From contig CAMBUL010000001.1 in the NCBI GenBank assembly GCA_945871065.1, forward strand, positions 41,666 to 105,665: a stretch of 64,000 nucleotides of DNA, read 5' to 3'. Below the pieces are notes generated by a model. That model did no database searches and had not been told where the DNA came from. It worked only from the letters and a program-made list of their open reading frames with translations. A program made the translations under genes and the position numbers. Of this stretch, positions 1 to 10,045 are shown piece after piece. Position 1 is the stretch's first letter. The number at the start of each line of letters is the position of its first letter. The DNA is from Chthoniobacter flavus (GTDB lineage: Bacteria; Verrucomicrobiota; Verrucomicrobiia; Chthoniobacterales; JACTMZ01).

Positions 1-255
1 CATGAAGCCATGACCTCCTCCAGCGGCAGCGACGATGACGTGACCGAGGAGGACGAGGAGTTGGTGGTCCGGTGCCTCGGCATTATCAAACAAGAAGGCA
101 AGGCTTCCACCTCCATGCTGCAGCGCCGGCTCCGTCTCGGTTACACCCGTGCGGCCCGCGTGGTCGATATTCTCGAGCAGCGCGGTATTGTCGGTCCGAA
201 AGACGGGGCCAAGGACCGCGAGATACTCGTGGACTTGGACAGTTTGCCCGGTTGA
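1..255 (+). CDS. ftsK: DNA translocase FtsK, C-terminal fragment (gamma winged-helix domain); 5' end is upstream of the window
   Basis: Frame-1 ORF is open to base 1. The tail 'GKASTSMLQRRLRLGYTRAARVVDILEQRGIVGPKDGAKDREILV' is the FtsK-gamma signature. Confidence 0.85.
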   Translation, partial: HEAMTSSSGSDDDVTEEDEELVVRCLGIIKQEGKASTSMLQRRLRLGYTRAARVVDILEQRGIVGPKDGAKDREILVDLDSLPG

Positions 256-273
256 TGCATAGTAAAAATATCG

Positions 274-837
274 ATGAACCCTCATCCCGGCCAAGAGCTC
301 AAAATGTCGCGAGAGGCCAAAGGTATTAGCCTCGAGCAAGCAGCGAAGGACACCTGTCTCCGGGCCGATATCTTGCGACAGCTTGAGGAAAACGACTCGG
401 TCGACAACATGCCGGAAGTCTACCACCGGCTTTCTCTGCGCATGTATGCGCGATACCTCGAAGTCCCGGTAGTCAAAAGCCGCGGCCCTCGCCAGCCTGG
501 AGATGTAGCATTGTCGCCCGTCGACGGTTGCGTGGAGTTGGCCTACAGCGACACCATGCGCGACGCACCCGAGCCGAAAAAGCGGCGGGTGGTTGGACCC
601 GGCACAGTGCTGGCCGTCACGGCCTTGATCATCCTCACCACCGGCCTCTGGTCGCTTAATGCGAAGCTTTCGCGGCTCAACTTCGAAGATCGGCCCGAGC
701 GGCTGCCAGCCCCTGTGATGACGGAAACCGCCGTGCCCGGGCCGACCGTCCAACCCGCCGACCGCGTCTGTCTGGACAACGCCCTCTACCTGACCCTCGT
801 CCCGGCGCCGGACGTGGATGCATCGACAGCGCCCTGA
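274..837 (+). CDS. RodZ-like helix-turn-helix membrane protein
   Basis: N-terminal HTH ('MSREAKGISLEQAAKDTCLRADILRQLEEND...LRMYARYL') followed by one TM helix ('VLAVTALIILTTGLWSL'). Confidence 0.6.
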   Translation: MNPHPGQELKMSREAKGISLEQAAKDTCLRADILRQLEENDSVDNMPEVYHRLSLRMYARYLEVPVVKSRGPRQPGDVALSPVDGCVELAYSDTMRDAPEPKKRRVVGPGTVLAVTALIILTTGLWSLNAKLSRLNFEDRPERLPAPVMTETAVPGPTVQPADRVCLDNALYLTLVPAPDVDASTAP

Positions 838-872
838 TCGACCGCTCCCCGGTGGGTGTCAAAATTATCCGC

Positions 873-2261
873 ATGGCCACGGCAAACGCGCGCCCCAAGA
901 TCGGTATGGTCAGCCTCGGTTGCGCCAAAAATCTGGTTGATGCCGAGATCATGCTCGGTGGTGCCGCCAAGGATAATTTCGACCTGACCCGCGACCCGGA
1001 CGAAGCCGACGTGCTCGTGATCAACACCTGCGGCTTCATCGACCAAGCCAAAGAGGAATCGATCGACACCATCCTCGAAATGCACCAGAGGCGGCTCACC
1101 GCGCGCCCGGCCCAGAAAATCATCGTCAGCGGCTGCCTCGCCCAGCGCTACCACGAGGAACTGAAACGCGAAATCCCCGAAGTTGATGCCTTCATCGGAC
1201 TCGACCAAATCGCCGAGTTTCCCCGTATCGTCCGCGAGGTGCTTGAGCGACCGGCGGCCGGAGCGGGCGGTCCTCTCGACTTGGTCACGCGCAAGTCGCG
1301 CTACATTCCCGATTACGACACCCCGCGCTTCCAGCTAACCCCCCGCCACACGGTCTATGTGAAGATCGCCGAAGGCTGCAACCATCCGTGCAGCTTTTGC
1401 GTCATCCCGCAAATGCGCGGACGCCACCGCAGCCGGACTATCGGGTCGGTTGTGGCGGAAGCGCGCCAACTGGTCCAACAAGGGGTGAAGGAACTCAACC
1501 TGATCAGCCAGGACACCACTTACTTCGGGATGGATCTTTGGGAGCAGAAAGCGGGACCCCGCCAGCCGGTCGATTCTTCCCGCGGACCGACCCTTTGCCG
1601 CCTCCTCGGGGAGCTGGATCAAATCGAAGGCGATTTCTGGATCCGCCTGCTCTACACCCATCCCGCGCATTGGAGCGACGAACTTATCGCCACGATTGCC
1701 CGGAGCCGCAAAGTCGCCCGCTACGTCGATATGCCGCTGCAGCACATCCATGAAGACATGCTCAAGCTCATGCGCCGCGAAACCTCACGCCAACACATTG
1801 AGGACCTCATCATCCGGATGCGCGAAGGTATTCCAGGTCTCGCCATCCGCACCACCTTCATCACCGGCTTCCCCGGCGAAAACGACGAACATTTCGAGTC
1901 CCTGCTGGATTTTATCGACCGCGTCCGCTTCGAACGGCTGGGCGTTTTCAAGTATTCCCAGGAAGAAGGTTCCCGGGCGGCCAAGATGGACGGACAAATC
2001 CCCGAATCCGTGAAAAACAAACGTCACGCCCGGGCCATGAAGCTCCAGCAAAAGATCGCCCGTGAATTGGCGGAGGCGCAGCAAGGACGCACGATCAAAG
2101 TGCTCGTCGAACAACCGCAGGTCGCCCGCAGTGAACACGATGCCCCGGACGTCGACTGCCGCGTATTCCTCACGACTCCTTTGCCGGTCGGGGAGTTCGC
2201 CGAGGTCACCGTGAGCGGCGCGCAAGTCTACGACTTGGTGGCTGGGCCCCTCCGCTCGTAG
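873..2261 (+). CDS. rimO: Ribosomal protein S12 methylthiotransferase RimO (radical SAM, MiaB family, TRAM C-terminus)
   Basis: 'KIGMVSLGCAKNLVDAEIMLG' N-terminal domain and a 'CNHPCSFCVIPQMRG' radical-SAM cluster, with a C-terminal TRAM-like segment. ATG 873 is preferred over GTG 852 from the ORF track. Confidence 0.85.
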   Translation: MATANARPKIGMVSLGCAKNLVDAEIMLGGAAKDNFDLTRDPDEADVLVINTCGFIDQAKEESIDTILEMHQRRLTARPAQKIIVSGCLAQRYHEELKREIPEVDAFIGLDQIAEFPRIVREVLERPAAGAGGPLDLVTRKSRYIPDYDTPRFQLTPRHTVYVKIAEGCNHPCSFCVIPQMRGRHRSRTIGSVVAEARQLVQQGVKELNLISQDTTYFGMDLWEQKAGPRQPVDSSRGPTLCRLLGELDQIEGDFWIRLLYTHPAHWSDELIATIARSRKVARYVDMPLQHIHEDMLKLMRRETSRQHIEDLIIRMREGIPGLAIRTTFITGFPGENDEHFESLLDFIDRVRFERLGVFKYSQEEGSRAAKMDGQIPESVKNKRHARAMKLQQKIARELAEAQQGRTIKVLVEQPQVARSEHDAPDVDCRVFLTTPLPVGEFAEVTVSGAQVYDLVAGPLRS

Positions 2262-2275
2262 CGGCGGTTTCAAGA

Positions 2276-2299
2276 GGCCACTGGTAAGGTCCACTGGCC
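2276..2299. terminator. Hairpin between convergent rimO and the TPR gene (GGCCACTGG-taaggt-CCACTGGCC, one mismatch)
   Basis: 9-bp stem and 6-nt loop read directly, located in the 93-nt convergent spacer. No clear U-tract. Confidence 0.35.
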
Positions 2300-2354
2300 A
2301 GCGGACTGCATTCCCCCTTCTTCGTTACCTTCGTTTCCTTTTGTAAAAATCCCC

Positions 2355-3854
2355 TCACGCCGTATACGACGATTCCACCCGCGCGGCCACATCAAGGTAG
2401 CCGTAATCGACCTCGTAGATCTCTTTCATGCAATCGAGGGATTTCCCGGCATCGCCCATTCGCTCATAGACCAAGCCGAGATTGTAAAGAATGTCCTTCT
2501 TGGTCCCATCCATGCCGGGAATCTCGGACGCCGCGTCGGTCAGGGTCTTGGCCGCCAGGTCGAGCATGTTGCGCTCGGTGTAGCACTTACCGAGCATGTT
2601 GAGCGCTTTGGTGCGGGTGTTCGGGTTGCTGCGCGCTTTTTGCAGTTCAGGAATGGCCTCTTTGTAATGACCGGCCAGCACCATCTGCTCACCCAACTCG
2701 AAACGGTATTGCAGGTCGGTCGGGTTGCGGTCGACCCGCTTGCGGGCTTCGCCCAGCATTTGTTCGGCCTTGCCGCGCCGCAGGTCGTCGAGTTCGGCCC
2801 GCAGGGCCACGGCTTCAGGGCTGTCCGGGGCCATCGTGGTGAGCTCTTTGTCTTTGGCCGCAATTGCCGTGGAGATCTTACGCACCTCGGTGTCGCTGAT
2901 TTTGCGGAGCAAGCCGGGATCCGTGTCATTGGCCAAAGCGGAAAGATAACGGTAATACTCCAGCGCTTGGTCGTAGTCTTCTTTGGCGTAATGAATATCG
3001 GCGAGCTTGCGCGCAGCCTCGCGATCGGGATTGCCGGCTTCGTGAGCCTCGTAGACCACGCGGGCCAGGTCCTCGGCGGATTCACCCACAGTGACAACTT
3101 TTTCCTCCGCCCCGCCCTGCTGGCGTTGTTTGACCAGCTCGGCAAAAGTGGAGGTGCCTAGTTTACCGCGCTGCATGGAGCGCCGGGCTGCGGCCTCTTT
3201 CGCTTTGTCCCGCGCATCGAGGTCCATGGGGTTGCGGCGCAGGATTTCATCATACGCTTTCGATGCTTCGTCGAAGTCCTCAATGCGCATGAGATAGTCA
3301 CCGAGGTCGTGCCGCACCTTGGTGTTTTTCGGATCCAGAGCGATGGTCTCGAGGGCAAAACGGGCAATGGTCTCAAACACCCGGACCCTTTCCCGGGTGG
3401 TGTCCAAGTGGCGGGCGGCATTTTCCTTGCCCTCCTCGGGCGAGGTGTCGAATTCGGCCTGCCGCGAGGCCATTTCCACGCGGGCGGCCGCCGCCGCCGC
3501 TTCGGCCGCATCGTGCAACTCGCGGTTGGGTTGGGACCCCATCGGATCGGATTCCAACCCCTTCTCTGCCTCGGCGAGGGCCGCCCGGCAGTCGCCAGAT
3601 TCGATCAGTTTTTTAACTTTGCCGCGCCCCAGCGAAAGCCCGCTGCCGGAAAGCCCGAGGAAACTGGACTTCCCTTTCGATCGCATGACCTGCGCCTCAC
3701 GCAACAGTTTGCGGCCAGCCAGAAACTCCGGTTCCTCAGCGACCAGGGGTCCGAGCATCGACACCACCAATCCGTGGTTGCCAAGCTCCAAGGCGCTCAA
3801 GGCCTTGAGGTAGGCATTGCGCTTGGCCAGGGGGAGGTCTTTTTCGGTCTTCAC
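2355..3854 (-). CDS. TPR-repeat protein, function unknown
   Basis: 499-aa ORF with repeated TPR-like helix pairs ('DYDQALEYYRYLSAL', 'GHYKEAIPELQKARSNPN', 'ILYNLGLVYERMGDAGKSLDCMKE'). Confidence 0.6.
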   Translation of the reverse strand: MKTEKDLPLAKRNAYLKALSALELGNHGLVVSMLGPLVAEEPEFLAGRKLLREAQVMRSKGKSSFLGLSGSGLSLGRGKVKKLIESGDCRAALAEAEKGLESDPMGSQPNRELHDAAEAAAAAARVEMASRQAEFDTSPEEGKENAARHLDTTRERVRVFETIARFALETIALDPKNTKVRHDLGDYLMRIEDFDEASKAYDEILRRNPMDLDARDKAKEAAARRSMQRGKLGTSTFAELVKQRQQGGAEEKVVTVGESAEDLARVVYEAHEAGNPDREAARKLADIHYAKEDYDQALEYYRYLSALANDTDPGLLRKISDTEVRKISTAIAAKDKELTTMAPDSPEAVALRAELDDLRRGKAEQMLGEARKRVDRNPTDLQYRFELGEQMVLAGHYKEAIPELQKARSNPNTRTKALNMLGKCYTERNMLDLAAKTLTDAASEIPGMDGTKKDILYNLGLVYERMGDAGKSLDCMKEIYEVDYGYLDVAARVESSYTA

Positions 3855-3901
3855 GAGTGATCCTTCACCTTACTAGTTCCAGGGGCGCGGCGCAATGCGT
3901 C

Positions 3902-4969
3902 TCAGGATGCCGGCGTGTCGGCATAGCTGCCGAGGACCCGCGTGAAAGCACAGACCCGAGAAAGCTCCGCCAAGGCCGCGGCCAGATCGGATCCACCGGC
4001 GTGGCCGGCCAGATCGGCAAAAAAGTAATATTCCCAGGCCTGACGCTTGGAGGGACGGCTCTCGATCCGGGTCAGGCTGATACCCGCTTTCTCGAACGGC
4101 GCGAGAGCTTTGGCCAGTGCTCCGGGTTGATCCCTCAGCGCAAACATAACCGAGGTTTTGTCGCGGCCCGAGGGAGGTGCTGATTTTCGTCCGATGACAA
4201 AAAACCGCGTCACGTTGCTGGATGCATCCTGAATGGAAGGGGCAAGCACGGGCAGATTGAATTCGTCGCCCGCCATGCCGCTGGCCAGCGCCGCCGCGCC
4301 CTCCTCGGCCGCAGCCAACTCCGCGGCCCGCGCCGTACTGGAGACCTCGACACATTCGGCCGCGGGCAAGTATTCCGCCAACCAGCGCCGGCACTGGCCA
4401 AACGGTTGGGGATGAGAATAGACCTTGCGCACCTTGGCCAGAAGTCCGTTCCCAAGCAAATTCAGCTCAACCGGCAGAAAAATCTGGGCGCAAATTCGGG
4501 CCTCGCTCTCGATGAAACGGTCGAGCGTGGCATTGACCGAACCCTCTTGGGAATTTTCGATCGGCACCACGCCATAGTGGGCCCGTCCGCGTTCCACCGC
4601 TTCGAAAACCTCCCCGATAGTGCGCTCGGGGCAGAGTTCGACCGCACTGCCGAAATGGCGGGCCGCCGCTTGGTGGCTGAACGTCGCCCGCGGGCCGAGA
4701 TAAGCCACCTTGATTGTTTGCTCGAGCGCGCGCATGGAGGAGAGGATTTCGCGGTAAATGGCGCGCACGCCCGCTTCCGGCAGGCGGCTCGTATTGGTTG
4801 TGACCAAACGGCGCAACAAGTTCTCCTCGCGCTCCGGAGCATAGTAGGAGTCGCCGCTCTTGTCCTTGACCCGGCCGACCTCCTCGACCAGGCCGGCCCG
4901 TTCACCCAAGAGGTCAAGGATCCGGTCGTCGACCCCGTCGATGGCGGCTCGTAATTGTTCCAGCGTCAT
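3902..4969 (-). CDS. pheA: Bifunctional chorismate mutase / prephenate dehydratase (P-protein)
   Basis: CM helix 'LEQLRAAIDGVDDRILDLLGERAGLVEEVGRVK', PDT core 'VAYLGPRATFSHQAA...VPIENSQEGSV', and ACT 'TSVMFALRDQPGALAKALAPFEKAGISLTRIESRP'. Confidence 0.9.
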   Translation of the reverse strand: MTLEQLRAAIDGVDDRILDLLGERAGLVEEVGRVKDKSGDSYYAPEREENLLRRLVTTNTSRLPEAGVRAIYREILSSMRALEQTIKVAYLGPRATFSHQAAARHFGSAVELCPERTIGEVFEAVERGRAHYGVVPIENSQEGSVNATLDRFIESEARICAQIFLPVELNLLGNGLLAKVRKVYSHPQPFGQCRRWLAEYLPAAECVEVSSTARAAELAAAEEGAAALASGMAGDEFNLPVLAPSIQDASSNVTRFFVIGRKSAPPSGRDKTSVMFALRDQPGALAKALAPFEKAGISLTRIESRPSKRQAWEYYFFADLAGHAGGSDLAAALAELSRVCAFTRVLGSYADTPAS

Positions 4970-5652
4970 ATCGCCTCCTCGACTAGTACGGCTTCGCTCG
5001 GGGAAACAGCTTCCGTGCCATGGCTCCCCGGGGCTTGATCCAGAGGAAGAACCGGCTGGTCCTCGGGCCGGGCGGCGACCGGAAGTTCCACCCGGCGCAA
5101 TTCCGCACAGTTGGGCAATTCGTCGAGCGAGCGCAACGCAAAATGCTCAAGGAAAAACTCCGTCGTGCCATAAAGCAAAGGCCGCCCCGGAACATCGGCG
5201 CGCCCGGCAATACGGATGACCCCGCGCTCAAGCAGGGTCTGCATGACGCCGTCCACATTAACCCCGCGTACCGCCTCGAGGTCCGCCCGCGTGATCGGTT
5301 GCCGGTAGGCAACAATGGCAAGGGTCTCGAGCGCGGAAGGACTCAGGCGGGACGGACGGTTCTCCGGGAAAAGTTGCCGGACCCAAGGTGCTGCGTCTGG
5401 CGCGGTGACCACCTTCCAACCGGCACCACTCTCGATGAGGCGGAAGCCGCGCTGCTCTGCTTCATAAACGGACGCCAACTCGCCCAAAGCGGAAGCCACT
5501 TCGTCCGGCCTGCACTTGGCCAGAGCCACGGCGTCGCCATTCTCCGGCGCAGCCTCCATCGCTCCCTTCAGATGCTTGACGCACTCCGCCGGGCTCATTG
5601 GTTTGTCGGAGGCAAAGAGCAAAGCCTCGAGGACACGGGAAAGCGGGGTCAT
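4966..5652 (-). CDS. scpB: Segregation and condensation protein B
   Basis: 'LEALLFASDKPMS' and 'IVAYRQPITRADLEAVRGVNVDGVMQTLLERGVI' ScpB winged-helix repeats. 4-nt overlap with pheA. Confidence 0.85.
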   Translation of the reverse strand: MTPLSRVLEALLFASDKPMSPAECVKHLKGAMEAAPENGDAVALAKCRPDEVASALGELASVYEAEQRGFRLIESGAGWKVVTAPDAAPWVRQLFPENRPSRLSPSALETLAIVAYRQPITRADLEAVRGVNVDGVMQTLLERGVIRIAGRADVPGRPLLYGTTEFFLEHFALRSLDELPNCAELRRVELPVAARPEDQPVLPLDQAPGSHGTEAVSPSEAVLVEEAI

Positions 5653-5717
5653 AAAAGGGAACGGGAAGGATTTGCCATTTGTCGCAGCGCATCAACACCG
5701 AAAAAGGCCAGGGGCAT

Positions 5718-6518
5718 TCATCGGTTTCCATCCGGGGCGGCGGAGCCCGGCAAATTCGCCAAATCCTGCTCCGGCACCACGGCCAGACCCCGCCGCCGGA
5801 GCATAATCTCCCCGAACGGCCCTTCCTGCTCGACATGGACATGGCGGAGGCGCACCAACTCGAGCAAGGCGAGAAAAGTGGCCACCACCTCGCTGCGCGT
5901 GGTCTGGCCGGCGAAAAGTTCCTCGAATTTCAACCCCTCCTTCTCCGGCAAAATTTTCAGGACATATTCGATTTTTTCCGAAACCGTGAACCGGTCGGCC
6001 TCGATTTCACGCGCGGCGCCTTTTTGTTTTTCGATGCGCGCCAGCACCCGCTGGAAAGCGGCAATAAGGTCGAGAGTGCCGACTTCGCCGGCCAGCAAGG
6101 TCGCACCTCCATCGACCGCGGGCGCGGATGGTGTGCGTCCAAATAGCTTCGCCGCAAATTCCTCTCGGTCGCGCAAATTGCCGGCCGCCTCCTTGAATTT
6201 TTTGTATTCGATAAGCTGCCTGATCAACTCCCAGCGCGGATCTTCATCCTCGCCCTCTTCTTCGACCGGACCCTGGAGGTCGACCGGCAGCAAGGTGCGG
6301 CTTTTGATGTAAAGAAGGTTGGCGGCCATGACGATAAATTCGCCCCCGATCTCGACATCGACCGATTCCATTTCCCCGAGATACTCGAGGTATTGCCGGG
6401 TAATACGCCCGATTTCGATGTCATAAATATCCACCTCGTCCTTGCGCACGAGGTAGAGCAGGAGGTCGAGTGGGCCCTCGAAGACATCGAGTTTGACCTT
6501 GTATGCCGCGTCGGCCAC
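5718..6518 (-). CDS. scpA: Segregation and condensation protein A (kleisin)
   Basis: 'KLDVFEGPLDLLLYLVRKDEVDIYDIEIGRITRQYLEYL' ScpA N-terminus. Located upstream of scpB. Confidence 0.85.
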   Translation of the reverse strand: MADAAYKVKLDVFEGPLDLLLYLVRKDEVDIYDIEIGRITRQYLEYLGEMESVDVEIGGEFIVMAANLLYIKSRTLLPVDLQGPVEEEGEDEDPRWELIRQLIEYKKFKEAAGNLRDREEFAAKLFGRTPSAPAVDGGATLLAGEVGTLDLIAAFQRVLARIEKQKGAAREIEADRFTVSEKIEYVLKILPEKEGLKFEELFAGQTTRSEVVATFLALLELVRLRHVHVEQEGPFGEIMLRRRGLAVVPEQDLANLPGSAAPDGNR

Positions 6519-6526
6519 AGCCGTGC

Positions 6527-6874
6527 TCAGGCTCCGCGTTTGCGACGCTCGGCCGCCAATTGCGTCTTGTGTTTTTTCGACGTGACCAGGCGCGTCTTGC
6601 GCTTGCGGAGTTGGCGGGAAAGTTTGTCCATGACCAGATCGATGGCCGCATAGAGGTCGGCTTCACGGTCCTCGGCATGCAGGTCGGGCCCGGGAACGGC
6701 GAGGTGGATTTTGACCACATAGTTGCTCTTCTTTTTCGACTCGTCGTGCATGAGGACGACGTGGGCCGCGATAATCTGGTCCGACTGGTTGTCAAGGTGC
6801 GCCAGTTTGTTCACCACAAAGGAATTGATCGCGCCGGTGAGCACGAGGTGACGGGGACTCAAGTGGATATGCAT
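6527..6874 (-). CDS. hpf: Ribosome hibernation promoting factor (RaiA/HPF family)
   Basis: 'MHIHLSPRHLVLTGAINSFVVNKLAHLD...VKIHLAVPGPDLHAEDREADLYAAIDLVMDKLSRQLRKRK'. Confidence 0.85.
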   Translation of the reverse strand: MHIHLSPRHLVLTGAINSFVVNKLAHLDNQSDQIIAAHVVLMHDESKKKSNYVVKIHLAVPGPDLHAEDREADLYAAIDLVMDKLSRQLRKRKTRLVTSKKHKTQLAAERRKRGA

Positions 6875-6921
6875 ACAGCTTCAATAAACCATCCCCCGAC
6901 CCCGCGGCCAACCCGAATCAG

Positions 6922-7419
6922 TCAGGTCTCCACCCCAACCTCGGCCAGAACGACCTGCGCCGCCGCACGGAATCTTTCCCGGTTACGCCTCCCTTTGATT
7001 AAAAGCAGCGCATTATCCCGGATTGTCCGGGCCGATTCCGGATCTTTGTAAACGCGGAGCCAGATTTCCATCATGCGCAAATGCGGCGCGATTTCCTCCG
7101 GATGCTCCGCGGCAAGAGCTGCGTAGGCCTCGAGGGCTCCGGCGTAATCTTCCGCCGTCATGCGCCCCTCCGGGATGCTATACATCGGTTGCGGGCCTGA
7201 ATGCCGGGCGCCGGGCATAAATAACCCCGAGGCCCAATCGCCGAAGATGCCGGCCAGTGGTTTGGCCAGGAAAATCGCCGCGATAATGAGCACCGCGTGG
7301 GCGGCCAAAATCATGGGTATCCCGTCGGCCGGCCCTTGCTCCTGACCCCGCGAACCGAGCCACCACCAAGCCGCTGCGCATAGGGCCAACCCTAGGGTGC
7401 GCAGGATCATGCCGATCAT
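6922..7419 (-). CDS. Hypothetical membrane protein with helical (TPR-like) tail
   Basis: Start moved to ATG 7419 ('MIGMILRTLGLALCAAAWWWLG'). Two hydrophobic helices, then 'YAGALEAYAALAAEHPEE'. No homolog recognised. Confidence 0.45.
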   Translation of the reverse strand: MIGMILRTLGLALCAAAWWWLGSRGQEQGPADGIPMILAAHAVLIIAAIFLAKPLAGIFGDWASGLFMPGARHSGPQPMYSIPEGRMTAEDYAGALEAYAALAAEHPEEIAPHLRMMEIWLRVYKDPESARTIRDNALLLIKGRRNRERFRAAAQVVLAEVGVET

Positions 7420-7504
7420 GGTTGGCAATCTGCCATGCCGGGCGGCCGTCCGCAAAATATTCCATTTGCATCCACGCCCCGCTTTTGGTCCGGTGTGCGG
7501 CCAC

Positions 7505-8722
7505 ATGCGTATCCGTGCTTTTCAAGGACTCATCCCGCGAACCGATCTGGCGGCGGAACTGGCTTCACCTCCCTATGACGTGCTCGACACGGCGGAGGCG
7601 CGCCAAATCATCGCCACTCAACCGCACAGTTTCCTCCGGGTCGTAAGGTCCGAAGCCACCCTGCCGGAAGGGGTCAATCCCTACGGCCCGGATGTCTACG
7701 AGCAGGCGAGGCTCAATTTCGAACAACTGCAGAAGGACGGTGAACTGGTGCGCGAAGACGCACCGCAGATTTACCTATACCGCCAAATCATGGACGGCCA
7801 TGCCCAGACCGGTATCACCGCAGTCTGCCATGCCGACGATTACGCGGCGGGATTGATCAAGAAGCACGAGAAAACGCGGCCGGACAAGGAGGATGACCGG
7901 GTACGACTCAACACGGCGCTCTCCGCCCATATCGAGCCGGTGTTTCTCGCTTTCGAGTCCACTCCGGAAATAGCCACACTAATGCAAACTGCGGCGGAAA
8001 GGCCCCCGCTTTTCGACTTCACCGCACCCGACGGCGTGCAACACACCCTCTGGCGCATGGCCGACATAGCTTCGGTCACCGCGGCGTTCGCTTCGGTCCC
8101 GCATTCCTACATTGCCGACGGACACCACCGCTCGGCCGGCGCGGCGCGGGTCGGCGTGGCCAAACGTGAGGCCAATCCGCACCACACCGGCAAGGAAGAC
8201 TACAACTGGTTCCCCGCCGTGATGTTCCCGCAGGACCAGTTGAAAATCTTGGCTTACAACCGCCTGATCACCGACTTCAACGGATTGCATCCCGAAGAAT
8301 TCCTTGTTCGGGTGGGTCACGCCTGCCGATTGTCACCCTCGGCGGCACCGGTGCCGGCCAGCCCCGGTCACGTCTCGATGTATCTTGGCGGCCATTGGCT
8401 CGACTTGGCCTTTGATCTTCCGGCTGGTGCCGATCCGGTCTCCCGCCTTGATGTCAGCCTGCTGCAGGACAACATCCTGGCCCCCATCCTCGGCATCGAC
8501 GACCCGCGCACGAGCAAGAGGATCGATTTTGTCGGAGGGATCCGTGGCACGGATTATTTGCGTGCGCAAGTCGACACCAAGCGCGCGGCCGTTGCTTTCT
8601 CCCTTCACCCCGTGGCCATGCGGCAACTGATGGACATCGCCGACGCAGGACAAATCATGCCTCCCAAAAGCACATGGTTCGAGCCGAAGCTTCGCTCCGG
8701 GCTCTTCATCCATACTTTCTAG
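7505..8722 (+). CDS. DUF1015 family protein
   Basis: '[35 protein letters not shown]' N-terminus and ~405-aa length are typical of DUF1015. ATG 7505 is preferred over ORF-track 7397. Confidence 0.75.
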   Translation: MRIRAFQGLIPRTDLAAELASPPYDVLDTAEARQIIATQPHSFLRVVRSEATLPEGVNPYGPDVYEQARLNFEQLQKDGELVREDAPQIYLYRQIMDGHAQTGITAVCHADDYAAGLIKKHEKTRPDKEDDRVRLNTALSAHIEPVFLAFESTPEIATLMQTAAERPPLFDFTAPDGVQHTLWRMADIASVTAAFASVPHSYIADGHHRSAGAARVGVAKREANPHHTGKEDYNWFPAVMFPQDQLKILAYNRLITDFNGLHPEEFLVRVGHACRLSPSAAPVPASPGHVSMYLGGHWLDLAFDLPAGADPVSRLDVSLLQDNILAPILGIDDPRTSKRIDFVGGIRGTDYLRAQVDTKRAAVAFSLHPVAMRQLMDIADAGQIMPPKSTWFEPKLRSGLFIHTF

Positions 8723-8746
8723 GCGGCCGGCCGGGAGTCCCGGAAA

Positions 8747-9316
8747 CTAACGTAGACGGCCGTAGGCGACGAGCCGGCCCTTCTTTTTGAAGAGCCCGAA
8801 AAAGCCACCGTGGCCGCCGTAGACGACACGCGGTTGTAATTGGTAAACTCCGACCCCGCGTGAGCTTTGCGAGCCGGCCATGAGCAATTCGCCGCGTTCA
8901 CCGCGTCCGAGATAAACCATGACGTGAGTAACGGGAGGCTTGCGCTGCGGCTTATAGGTGTGTTCCCAAAAAAGCAAATCCCCGGGTTCCAGCCGCTTGG
9001 CCCACCATTCGGTGTCCGGCACGCCGCCGAAGAGTCCGCCCACCCGCTTCACCTTTCCCCGCGAGCGCACGTAGTCGTATTGCTCGGATGCCGTGCGCGG
9101 CAGTTCGACCCCGCGGGTCTGCCGCAGCAGATAACGGGCGGTGTTCGAACAATCCATGGTCCAAGCCGATGTTTCCCCGGGCGGGACAAACGCACCGCCA
9201 TAGCCGATCCCCTGTTCCTTGAGAGCAAAAGCCTCGGCGGTCAGGCCCTGATCGGCCCAGACCCCCGCGGCCGCCAACAGTAGCAGAAATAGCGCGGAAA
9301 TCAGACAGCGGAACAT
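8747..9316 (-). CDS. Secreted NlpC/P60 (C40) family peptidase
   Basis: Signal peptide, catalytic Cys context 'MDCSNTARYLL' and His context 'THVMVYLG'. Confidence 0.8.
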   Translation of the reverse strand: MFRCLISALFLLLLAAAGVWADQGLTAEAFALKEQGIGYGGAFVPPGETSAWTMDCSNTARYLLRQTRGVELPRTASEQYDYVRSRGKVKRVGGLFGGVPDTEWWAKRLEPGDLLFWEHTYKPQRKPPVTHVMVYLGRGERGELLMAGSQSSRGVGVYQLQPRVVYGGHGGFFGLFKKKGRLVAYGRLR

Positions 9317-9408
9317 CGACTCTTCTATACGAGCGGACGGACGATTTGTCGACCGGACCGCGAATCGCCTTCGCGGCAGGGGTAATCTTGTGCTAAAGGT
9401 CCCTGCCG

Positions 9409-10029
9409 ATGCCGAAAAAGACGCGCCTTTCCGTCATGGCCGCCGGCCTCGCTCTTGTCCTGTCCGTCACAGGCTGCGAAACCATTCCCCTCGAACCGTC
9501 GCCGAATTTCGTCGGCAACATGGTGGTCAGCACCGAGTACGCCCAATTTTTCCGGCTCGGCCCGCAACAGGCCGGCGGTGCCGACCTCAGCCTGCGCAGT
9601 GGGAAGCTTGTGATGCTGCAGCGCAAAGAATTCGGCTACAGCCGCGTGCAGTTGGAAGACGGCCAGGTCGGTTACATGGCCAATGAAGACCTGCAGCCGG
9701 CACCACCCGAACCACCTCGAAAACGCGGACTCCGTTCGGCCGCCGCCGATGGGAGATCCCGGAACAATGCCTCCGGGCGCGTTTCACGTGGGGCACAAGA
9801 CTACGACGAAGAAACCTTCAACAATATCGCCCTGCCCGATCCCAATCTGGACATCATGCCCGAAGATGTTCCTCTTGAACCGCTGCCCGAACTCATTCCC
9901 GCCCCGGTCGACGAACCGGCGCGTGTGCCGACCAAGATCCCCCTGCCCGAGGCGGCCCCCTCCGCCCCGGCTCTCGAGAAGCTACCTGCTCCCGAAGCGA
10001 CCGCCCCGCCCGTCTCGACCTCGATGTGA
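9409..10029 (+). CDS. Lipoprotein with SH3-like domain and proline-rich tail
   Basis: Lipobox 'LSVTGC', 'GKLVMLQRKEFGYSRVQLEDGQVGYMANEDL', then a P-rich C-terminus. Confidence 0.6.
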   Translation: MPKKTRLSVMAAGLALVLSVTGCETIPLEPSPNFVGNMVVSTEYAQFFRLGPQQAGGADLSLRSGKLVMLQRKEFGYSRVQLEDGQVGYMANEDLQPAPPEPPRKRGLRSAAADGRSRNNASGRVSRGAQDYDEETFNNIALPDPNLDIMPEDVPLEPLPELIPAPVDEPARVPTKIPLPEAAPSAPALEKLPAPEATAPPVSTSM

Positions 10030-10045
10030 ATCTTTCCCGGAAGCC